Assembly (NCBI GenBank): GCA_041742355.1
Contig: JBGSIV010000153.1
Location: forward strand, 1-13,081
Direction: 5' to 3'
DNA: 13,081 nucleotides
Source of the DNA: Candidatus Zixiibacteriota bacterium
GTDB taxonomy: Bacteria; Zixibacteria; MSB-5A5; GN15; FEB-12
Each line of letters opens with the position of its first letter. Position 1 is the stretch's first letter. The translations under genes and the position numbers were made by a program. The notes under the pieces were generated by a model. That model did no database searches, had not been told where the DNA came from, and saw nothing but the letters and a program-made list of their open reading frames with translations. Shown in pieces: positions 1 through 7,048 of this stretch.

Positions 1-23
1 CACCGGGATCAGCCGCTGCCACC

Positions 24-1190
24 ATGGTAGAAGTCGCGCTTGCGCTCACTTGTCTTCTGGTAAAATACGGGAAACGGGTCTGGCAGTTCTCCTGTGATCA
101 GCTTGATCGGCTGCTGCTTGTGCGGGAAGAGCGGTACGGCCGCAGGGGCTGGGGGATTCGTCTGACCGGGCTTATGATGCTGGCGGCTGCCCTGTACGCT
201 CGGCCGTCCAGCCATGCGTCGTTCATGGGCAAGTACTACGCAAAGCTCGCCGCCCATCCCTTTGGCTTCGACCCCGACAATCCGGTCCCGCATCGGATCG
301 CCACATCCCTGATCAGTTACCTGATCGGCATGCGCGGCCAACTGGTGATTGTAACGAATGTTCTGCTCGCCGCCGTTCTGGTCTTCTGGGTGTACGACCA
401 CTACCGCCGCCATACCCCCCGCCCGGGCGATGCGTTTCTCGCGGCGGCGATCATAGCCTCCTCGTTCGTGACCCTCTCGACTCTCTACTTCGGCGGGTAC
501 AACGATGCCCTAAGCTTCCTGATGCTGTTCGCCCTCCTGGTGTTCCGGGAACGGCGCTGGCTGTTCTTCGCGGCTTTTGCCCTTGCGCTCTTCAACCGGG
601 AGACGATCCTGTTCTTCGTGCCGTGGGTGGTCTATCTGTCGCTGGTGGACTCGACCCGGAAGATGCGGCGCGTGGTCGAGTTGTGTGTCGGCCTGGGAAT
701 CGTTATCGGAGGATACTGGCTGTTTCGCGGCTGGCTGAACCAGCACCAGCCGATTCAATATTCGGCCGCGTTCTATGCCGGACCGCTGATCGAGGATCCG
801 CTGTACTGGATTCGCGGGTCGTTCAGCCACCTTGGACTGGGGTATTTCAGTGTTTTCAAAGCCCTGTGGATCGTGCCGCTGGCCGGTGCGCTCTCGGCGT
901 GGCTTCGCGGCAACCACCGGCTGGTGATGTCGATGGCGCTCTTAAGCGCCTGCGCGTTTGCCCAGCTGTTCTTCGCCTATGACACGTCGAGGCTGGCGGC
1001 CATGACATTCCCCGTGATGCTCCTCGGGCTGCAGCAGCTGTTTGAAACCGGTGACTTCGGTTTCCGGCGGTGGATCGGGCCGCTCGTCGTGCTGAATCTC
1101 CTCATTCCCAATGTGGCTGTCGCCGGCAAAGTGGTGGACGTGATGCAGTCGCTGCTGGGGTATCTCCTCGCCCACGCTATGGGCGCCTGA
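24..1190 (+). CDS. Polytopic membrane protein, possibly GT-C-fold glycosyltransferase-like (start uncertain)
   Basis: 388-aa ORF with many hydrophobic segments. Polar motifs between helices (HRI, YNDAL, FNRETI, YDTSRL) resemble the layout of ArnT/PMT-like membrane glycosyltransferases. The frame is open to the window edge and ATG24 has no clear SD; GTG120 or ATG174 are alternative starts. Confidence 0.6.
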   Translation: MVEVALALTCLLVKYGKRVWQFSCDQLDRLLLVREERYGRRGWGIRLTGLMMLAAALYARPSSHASFMGKYYAKLAAHPFGFDPDNPVPHRIATSLISYLIGMRGQLVIVTNVLLAAVLVFWVYDHYRRHTPRPGDAFLAAAIIASSFVTLSTLYFGGYNDALSFLMLFALLVFRERRWLFFAAFALALFNRETILFFVPWVVYLSLVDSTRKMRRVVELCVGLGIVIGGYWLFRGWLNQHQPIQYSAAFYAGPLIEDPLYWIRGSFSHLGLGYFSVFKALWIVPLAGALSAWLRGNHRLVMSMALLSACAFAQLFFAYDTSRLAAMTFPVMLLGLQQLFETGDFGFRRWIGPLVVLNLLIPNVAVAGKVVDVMQSLLGYLLAHAMGA

Positions 1191-1204
1191 AGTCTGGATC
1201 GACC

Positions 1205-1240
1205 AAAGAAGAAGGCACGACCGAAATCGATCGTGCCTCT
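1205..1240 (-). terminator. Intrinsic terminator for rocD (between convergent genes)
   Basis: Minus strand reads AGGCACGATCG-ATTT-CGGTCGTGCCT followed by TCTTCTTT, about 30 nt after the rocD stop. Confidence 0.7.
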
Positions 1241-1270
1241 GTAGTTTCGCACACGAGAATCTAACCAGTA

Positions 1271-2554
1271 TCAGTCGAGCAGCACTTTCTCCAGGCCCTT
1301 CACGATAAAATCCGCGTCCGGTTTGGTAATGACGAGCGGCGGAGAAATGCGGATCGTGTGGCCGTGCGAATCATTCGCCATCAGGTGCTGGCCGAGCATC
1401 TTGCGGCAGTACCCCATGGCGTCGCCGTTGTTCACCTCGATGCCGATAAAGAGGCCGCGGGCGCGGACTTCCTTCACCTGCGGTGACTTCTGGGCGATTT
1501 CGCGAATCTTGCCCGCAAGGTACGCGCCGATCTGCGCGGCGTTCTCGGGGAGGCGTTCCTCGACGAGGACATCGAGCGCGGCGTTGCCGGCCACACACGC
1601 GAGCGGATAGCCGCCGTACGTGGAACCGTCGCGGCCGGGTTGGAACACGAGGTCCATGAGCTTCGCGTTGGTCACGAAGCAGGACAAGGGAACCAGGCCG
1701 CCGGAGAGAGCCTTGCCGAGAATGACGCCGTCGGGGACGACGTTCTCATGCTCGAAAGCGAACATCTTGCCGGTGCGCCCGAGCCCGACTTGGATCTCGT
1801 CAAAGAGGAGGATGAGATTGTGGCGGTCGGCCAGTTCGCGCAGCCCCTTGAGGAAGCCGGCCGCAGGCTGGTACATGCCGCCTTCACCCTGCATCGGTTC
1901 AACCAGGATGCCGCAAGTGTTCGGGCTGATCGCGGCTTCGACCGCGGCGAGATTGCCGAATTCAACGGTCCTGAAGCCGGGGGTGAGCGGGCCGAAGCCC
2001 TCCTTGTAGTACGAACTCGAGGAGAAGGAGACGATCGTAATCATACGGCCGTGGAAGTTGTTTCCGAAGACGATGATCTCCTGCTTGCCATCGGGGATGC
2101 CCTTCTCCTTGTAACCGTAGTAGCGGGCCGCCTTGATGGCGGTTTCGACGGACTCGACGCCGCCGTTCTTGGGGAGCACTTTGTTGCCGTTGTCGCCGAA
2201 GCGCGGGCCGAGTTGCGGCACGAGCGTCGCGAGCTTCTTAAGGAAAATCCCAAGGGCGTCGGTATACACAACGTTGGATATAACGGATCCGAATCCGTTC
2301 TCAAGAGCTTCCACGACAGCCTCGACAATGCGGGGATGGTGGTGGCCCTGGTTGACTGCCGAATACGCGGCGAGACAGTCGAGATACCGATCTCCGTTCT
2401 GGTTGTACAGCCAGATGCCCTCGGCCTTGCGAACTACCAATTGCTGACGACTGTAGTGGTGAGCACCGTACTTGCTCTCGAAGTCGTAGATCATTTGATC
2501 GGCGAGAGTCGAGAATCCGATCGGCGCGTTAGCGGTCGTCTTAAGATCAGCCAT
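1271..2554 (-). CDS. rocD: Ornithine--oxo-acid aminotransferase (class III PLP-dependent), 427 aa
   Basis: YGAHHY, YLDCLAAYSAVNQGHHHP, NGGVESVETAIK, NFHGR..TIVSFS, EPMQGEGG, DEIQVGLGRTG, GKALSGG (PLP lysine), GSTYGG, IRISPPL. GAGGTG SD lies just upstream of ATG2554. Confidence 0.85.
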   Translation of the reverse strand: MADLKTTANAPIGFSTLADQMIYDFESKYGAHHYSRQQLVVRKAEGIWLYNQNGDRYLDCLAAYSAVNQGHHHPRIVEAVVEALENGFGSVISNVVYTDALGIFLKKLATLVPQLGPRFGDNGNKVLPKNGGVESVETAIKAARYYGYKEKGIPDGKQEIIVFGNNFHGRMITIVSFSSSSYYKEGFGPLTPGFRTVEFGNLAAVEAAISPNTCGILVEPMQGEGGMYQPAAGFLKGLRELADRHNLILLFDEIQVGLGRTGKMFAFEHENVVPDGVILGKALSGGLVPLSCFVTNAKLMDLVFQPGRDGSTYGGYPLACVAGNAALDVLVEERLPENAAQIGAYLAGKIREIAQKSPQVKEVRARGLFIGIEVNNGDAMGYCRKMLGQHLMANDSHGHTIRISPPLVITKPDADFIVKGLEKVLLD

Positions 2555-2598
2555 GATACACCTCACAAAAAGCCGAAAAAGGCGTTTGAAATCGAGCC

Positions 2599-2627
2599 AA
2601 TATACATATAACCGCGGAAAAACTCAA
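2599..2627 (-). promoter_or_regulatory. Predicted sigma70-type promoter for rocD
   Basis: Minus strand TTGAGT (2627-2622) - 17 nt - TATATT (2604-2599), about 45 nt upstream of the start codon. Confidence 0.6.
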
Positions 2628-2892
2628 GCGGAGCCGTAGGATTTGCGTGGAGTTATTTCGCCGTAAATCCTTGTCTTTTGTGCATTTCTCTCCGTTGATC
2701 GACCACCCTGAGAGGCGTGTTGAGCATCATTTCGCTCACCCCGGCAGACCGTGGTGCACCGGTCGGGGAGAATCGCGTGGTTTCAGGGGTAGAAGTGAAG
2801 ACTAAGGCGCGCAATGGTATCCATCGGGACAAGCGCACTCGGCAGTAGTGGATGCGACAGTCTATTACAGGACCAGTTTGGGGCTGATTGAC

Positions 2893-2920
2893 TTGATTTT
2901 TCCGCGCCGTTGCGTATACT
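2893..2920 (+). promoter_or_regulatory. Predicted sigma70-type promoter for nfnAB
   Basis: TTGATT (2893-2898) - 16 nt - TATACT (2915-2920), 37 nt upstream of ATG2958. Confidence 0.6.
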
Positions 2921-2957
2921 ACAGGCTGTTTCAAAAAACGTCCTTTTTGGAGGTCCA

Positions 2958-3836
2958 ATGCCGAAGGTAGTCGACAACAGGGAACTTGGTCCGATGATCT
3001 GGAAGATGCGGGTGGAAGTGCCGCGCCTCGTGGCCAAAGCCAAGGCCGGGCAATTCGTCATCCTGCGCGTCAACGAAGAAGGGGAACGCGTGCCGATGTC
3101 GATCGCCGGCCTGGATCGGGAGCACGGGTTGCTCACGATCATCTACCAGGTCGTCGGCAAGACATCAGCGCTCATGACGACGGTTCAGGCGGGCCAGGAA
3201 CTGGCCGACTGTGTCGGACCGCTGGGGATTGCATCGCATACAGACAACTGGGGCACGGCGTGCGTGGTCGGCGGCGGCATCGGGATCGCGCCGGTGTATC
3301 CGATTGCCCAGGCATTCAAAGAAGCGGGTAACAAGGTCGTGACGATCATCGGCGCCCGCACGAAAAACCTGCTCTTCTACGAAGAGGAGCACATGGCGGT
3401 CGCGGATGAGTTTTATCCCTGTACCGACGACGGTTCCCACGGCCACCACGGCTTCGTGTCCGACGTGCTGAAGAAGCTCCTCGACAACGGCGCGCCGATC
3501 AAGCACATCATGGCCATCGGGCCGGTGCCGATGATGAAGGTTGTGGCGAACCTGACCAAGCCGTACGGCGTGTCGACCTGGGTTTCCCTGAACCCCCTGA
3601 TGATCGACGGCACCGGGATGTGCGGTGGCTGCCGCGTGAAGATCGGGGAAGAGACAAAGTTTGCGTGTGTCGACGGGCCGGATTTCGACGGGCACCTCGT
3701 TGATTTCGGGCTTCTGACCTCGCGCCTGACGGCATACCGCGAGCAGGAGCGCAAGTCAATGAAGCGCCTGCTTGAGGATCCGAACTGCCGGCTGACGAAA
3801 TCGGTCCAGGCGTTCGCCTACCCGGATGAGAAGTGA
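2958..3836 (+). CDS. nfnA: NADH-dependent reduced ferredoxin:NADP+ oxidoreductase small subunit (NfnA/SudB family), 292 aa
   Basis: AGQFVILRV..GERVPMSI, GPLG, VGGGIGIAP, TDDGSHG, GPVPMM and the Asp+3Cys [2Fe-2S] motif MIDGTGMCGGCRV...FACVDGPDFDGHLVDF. GGAGG SD precedes ATG2958. Adjacent to an NfnB-type gene. Confidence 0.9.
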   Translation: MPKVVDNRELGPMIWKMRVEVPRLVAKAKAGQFVILRVNEEGERVPMSIAGLDREHGLLTIIYQVVGKTSALMTTVQAGQELADCVGPLGIASHTDNWGTACVVGGGIGIAPVYPIAQAFKEAGNKVVTIIGARTKNLLFYEEEHMAVADEFYPCTDDGSHGHHGFVSDVLKKLLDNGAPIKHIMAIGPVPMMKVVANLTKPYGVSTWVSLNPLMIDGTGMCGGCRVKIGEETKFACVDGPDFDGHLVDFGLLTSRLTAYREQERKSMKRLLEDPNCRLTKSVQAFAYPDEK

Positions 3837-3846
3837 GGATATGGAC

Positions 3847-5319
3847 ATGAGCGATGAAGAAACAGCAGTCGAGACGGGCGAGTCCGGGACGAGTTCGACG
3901 AATCAACTGGCGAAGAAAGACAGGATGAAAGTCCCGCGCCAGAAGATGCCGGAGCAGTTGCCGGAAGTGCGGGTAACGAATTTCAAGGAAGTGCCGTTCG
4001 GGTTTGACGAGGAGCTGGCGCTGAAAGAGGCGATGCGCTGCCTCGAATGTCCGAAAGCGCCGTGTATCAAAGGTTGCCCGGTCGAGGTCGATATCCCCGG
4101 GTTTATCCGACTGATTCTCGATAAGGACTATGCGGCGGCCGCGCGAAAGATCAAAGAGACCAACTCGCTCCCCGCAGTGTGCGGGCGGGTGTGCCCGCAG
4201 GAAGAGCAGTGCGAGATCGCCTGCGTGCTGCACAAAAAGTTCACTCCGGTGGCAATCGGCCACCTCGAGCGGTTCGTGGCCGACTACGAGCGCGAGAACA
4301 ACCTGGTGCAGCTGCCGACCAAGAAACCGCCGACGGGCCGCAGGGTCGCAGTGGTGGGCGCGGGTCCGGCCGGGTTGACCGTGGCCGGAGACTTGATTCT
4401 CCTCGGGCACGACGTGACCATTTTCGAAGCGCTCCACAAGCCGGGCGGCGTACTCGTCTACGGCATTCCGGAATTCCGTCTGCCGAAAGCGATCGTGAAG
4501 TCCGAGTGTGATTACTTAGCCGACCTCGGGGTCAAGTTCCAGAACTCGACCGTGATCGGCAAGATGGACACGATCGACGAGCTGTTCGAGATGGGGTTCG
4601 ACTCGGTCTTTATCGGGACGGGCGCGGGATTGCCCAATTTCATGGGGATTCCGGGCGAAAACCTGATCGGGATCTACTCGGCGAACGAGTACCTGACGCG
4701 CGCGAACCTGATGCGCGGGTTCGATGAAGGTAATTTTGACACGCCGATCATTCGCGGTAGGAACGTCGCGGTGCTTGGCGGCGGCAATACTGCTATGGAT
4801 GCGGTGCGTATCGCACGGCGTCTCGGCGCCGACAACGCGTATATCGTCTACCGCCGTAGCGAGGCCGAGATGCCGGCCCGTAAGGAAGAAATCCACCACG
4901 CGCTCGAAGAGGGCGTGCAGTTCCATATGCTCACCGCGCCGATCAACTTCATTGGCGACGAGCAGAACCGGGTGAAAGCGATGGAGTGCATCACAATGGA
5001 TCTGGGCGAGCCGGATGCCTCCGGGCGCCGTCGGCCGGTGCCGAAAGAAGGCTCCAACTTCATCATGGAAATCGACTTGGTCGTGGTGGCAATCGGCAAC
5101 GGCTCGAATCCGCTGATTCCGCGTACGACGCCCGGGCTGGAGACGAACCGCTGGCAGAATATCGTGGTCAACCAGGAGACGATGCAAACCTCGCGCAAGG
5201 GCGTGTACGCCGGCGGGGATATCGTGACCGGCGGGGCAACGGTGATTCTTGCGGCCGGTGCGGGCAAAAAGGCCGCGCGCGCGATGCATAAGTACATGAT
5301 GGAGGAAGTGCAGAAGTAG
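3847..5319 (+). CDS. nfnB: NfnB/SudA large subunit (GltD-like FAD/2x[4Fe-4S] protein), 490 aa
   Basis: EAMRCLECPKAPCIKGCPV, CGRVCPQEEQCEIAC, IGHLERFVAD, GAGPAG, YGIPEFRLPK, GGGNTAMDA, YRRS, AGGDIVTGGATVILA. GAGGA SD 7 nt before ATG3847 (ATG3841 is an alternative). No gltB in the window and paired with nfnA. Confidence 0.9.
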   Translation: MSDEETAVETGESGTSSTNQLAKKDRMKVPRQKMPEQLPEVRVTNFKEVPFGFDEELALKEAMRCLECPKAPCIKGCPVEVDIPGFIRLILDKDYAAAARKIKETNSLPAVCGRVCPQEEQCEIACVLHKKFTPVAIGHLERFVADYERENNLVQLPTKKPPTGRRVAVVGAGPAGLTVAGDLILLGHDVTIFEALHKPGGVLVYGIPEFRLPKAIVKSECDYLADLGVKFQNSTVIGKMDTIDELFEMGFDSVFIGTGAGLPNFMGIPGENLIGIYSANEYLTRANLMRGFDEGNFDTPIIRGRNVAVLGGGNTAMDAVRIARRLGADNAYIVYRRSEAEMPARKEEIHHALEEGVQFHMLTAPINFIGDEQNRVKAMECITMDLGEPDASGRRRPVPKEGSNFIMEIDLVVVAIGNGSNPLIPRTTPGLETNRWQNIVVNQETMQTSRKGVYAGGDIVTGGATVILAAGAGKKAARAMHKYMMEEVQK

Positions 5320-5340
5320 TACTTTTTCTATTTGAGATAG

Positions 5341-5372
5341 AAAAGGCGGGTCCGGAAGGACCCGCTTTTTTT
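5341..5372 (+). terminator. Intrinsic terminator after nfnAB
   Basis: GCGGGTCC-GGAA-GGACCCGC stem-loop (5346-5365) followed by 7 T and preceded by an A run. Confidence 0.9.
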
Positions 5373-5425
5373 GCTGGCGAATGCCGCAGGGGGGTGGCAG
5401 ATTGTCGTAACAAGAGGAGTCAAAT

Positions 5426-5794
5426 ATGATCAAATCAATTAGTATCGCTGAGTGTTTCGAACGGTTCAGCGACTTGTTTTCTCCGAAGATTGTCGGTGAG
5501 TTGAACGGGCAGCATGTCAAGCTGGTTCGATGCGAGGGAGACAAGGTCCCATGGCACACGCACGACAACGAGGACGAAATGTTCCTGGTGCTTGAGGGAA
5601 CGCTCCATATCCTGCTTCGGGATCAGTCTGTGCGGGTCGGGCCGGGGGAGTTCTGCATCGTACCGCGAGGGGTGGAACATCGGGTTGTGCCGGAGGGGCA
5701 TGTGAAGCTGATGCTGTTTGAGCCCGCGGAGATCGAGCATACGGGGAAGGTGAAGAGCGAGATTACGAAGGACAGATTTGACCGGCTCGATTGA
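5426..5794 (+). CDS. Cupin-domain protein, 122 aa
   Basis: Cupin metal motifs WHTHDNEDEMFLVLEG and PGEFCIVPRGVEHR. N-terminal FSPKIVGELNGQHVKL is typical of this small cupin family. GAGGAG SD present. Confidence 0.85.
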   Translation: MIKSISIAECFERFSDLFSPKIVGELNGQHVKLVRCEGDKVPWHTHDNEDEMFLVLEGTLHILLRDQSVRVGPGEFCIVPRGVEHRVVPEGHVKLMLFEPAEIEHTGKVKSEITKDRFDRLD

Positions 5795-5818
5795 CCCCGA
5801 TCCCGCCCCGCATATCCA

Positions 5819-5848
5819 TTGATCCCCGGTCCCGTTCATATGTACATT
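5819..5848 (+). promoter_or_regulatory. Possible promoter for queG
   Basis: TTGATC (5819-5824) - 18 nt - TACATT (5843-5848). The -10 ends 6 nt before ATG5855. Confidence 0.4.
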
Positions 5849-5854
5849 AGGTGT

Positions 5855-6880
5855 ATGCTGAGCAATGAGCTTGTCAAGCGCCTCGCCGAAGCGGCCGGAT
5901 TCGACCTGTGCGGAATCACCACCCCCGAAGTGATCCCCGAGGCACGGGACAGACTCAATGCTTGGCTGGACAAGGGATACCAGGCCGAAATGGCCTGGAT
6001 GGGAACCTCTCGGGAACGGCGGGTGGATCCGCGTCAGCTCTTGGCGGGCACGAAATCGGTCATCATGCTCGGCGTCAACTACTACAACGAGAATACCAGC
6101 CCGCGGCCGGAGGGGCACGGCCGAGTGTCGCGCTATGCCAGGGGACGGGACTACCACAAGGTGATCAAGCGGAAAACCCTGCACCTGATCCAACTGCTTC
6201 AGGAGCAGGCAAGGGCGGCCGAGCCGCTGCCGGCCGATCAGCCCGAGTCCAATCAGCACGAGTTCTTCTGGTACGTCGACTACGGCCCCATGCTCGAACG
6301 TGCGTACGCCGCGAAAGCCGGGCTGGGGTTTATCGGCAAGAACTCGATGCTGATCAACCGGACGTACGGCTCGTACTTCTTCATCTCCGAAATCCTGACC
6401 TCGGTCGAAATCGAGTGCGACGAGCCATACAGCGGCAACCACGGGGGGTGCGGCGAGTGCCGGATTTGTATCGACGCCTGCCCGACCGGGGCGATTGTGA
6501 GCGACGCCGTAGTGGATGCCGGGAAGTGCATTTCCTACCTGACAATCGAGCGGCCGAGCGAAATTTCCGACGAGCTGCAACGGCAAATGGGAGCGCTGAT
6601 GTTCGGCTGCGACATCTGCCAGCAGGTCTGCCCGTACCACCGTCGGGCAAAAGACACCCGACATAAGGAATTTCTGCCGAAATCCGGGGTAGGGGAGTTT
6701 GTCGATGCCCACCAGGTGCTGAAAATGACGACCCGGGAGGAGTTTCTGGACCTGACGGCCGGGACGCCCCTGGTTCGCCCGAGGCTGGAGGGGCTCCAGC
6801 GGAACGCCCGGATCGTACTGGAGAACGAGCGGCGGCGAGCAGATTCGGGCGGGGCCGGTGGCGGGGCCGGATCGGGCTGA
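5855..6880 (+). CDS. queG: tRNA epoxyqueuosine(34) reductase (cobalamin/2x[4Fe-4S]), 341 aa
   Basis: [101 protein letters not shown]. Start assigned to ATG5855 (ATG5840 possible). Confidence 0.93.
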   Translation: MLSNELVKRLAEAAGFDLCGITTPEVIPEARDRLNAWLDKGYQAEMAWMGTSRERRVDPRQLLAGTKSVIMLGVNYYNENTSPRPEGHGRVSRYARGRDYHKVIKRKTLHLIQLLQEQARAAEPLPADQPESNQHEFFWYVDYGPMLERAYAAKAGLGFIGKNSMLINRTYGSYFFISEILTSVEIECDEPYSGNHGGCGECRICIDACPTGAIVSDAVVDAGKCISYLTIERPSEISDELQRQMGALMFGCDICQQVCPYHRRAKDTRHKEFLPKSGVGEFVDAHQVLKMTTREEFLDLTAGTPLVRPRLEGLQRNARIVLENERRRADSGGAGGGAGSG

Positions 6881-6897
6881 TTTGCCACAATAATCGG

Positions 6898-6926
6898 TTG
6901 CCCGACGGTGGGGATGGATATACCTT
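6898..6926 (+). promoter_or_regulatory. Possible promoter for pgi-tkt
   Basis: TTGCCC (6898-6903) - 17 nt - TACCTT (6921-6926) in the queG-pgi intergenic region. Confidence 0.4.
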
Positions 6927-7048
6927 TTCCCCATGGTAAGCAGAGCCATTTCCGCAAGTGAGTCATGGGCGTGCCGCGAGGTCGGCTGCCTCCTTCCTGC
7001 TTTCCTCCGAATGACAATCCAATCAAGATATCGAGGTGCGCTATCGCT

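Noticed and set aside
1..25. Possible start of a divergent minus-strand gene (MVAAADPG...) at CAT 23-25
   Set aside because: Only 8 codons are visible and there is no SD; cannot be supported within this window.
2677..2695. Rex operator upstream of nfnAB
   Set aside because: Only a TTGTGCA half-site; the matching TTCACAA half is absent.
2708..2760. SAM-I-like words (GAGAGG...CCCCGGCAGACC...GGTGC)
   Set aside because: Lacks the ATC/GAT P1 and the GAGGGA...GGCCC P2 elements, and no methionine/sulfur gene follows.
2653..2958. 101-aa minus-strand ORF in the rocD-nfnA intergenic region
   Set aside because: Non-ATG start overlapping the nfnA SD and promoter, with no protein-like motifs.
3847..5319. 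Annotation as glutamate synthase small subunit (gltD/gltA)
   Set aside because: No gltB nearby, and the gene is paired with an NfnA-type gene, so NfnAB fits better.
5855..6880. Functional link between queG and the nearby tRNA-Gln
   Set aside because: Queuosine occurs in GUN-anticodon tRNAs (Asp, Asn, His, Tyr), not Gln.
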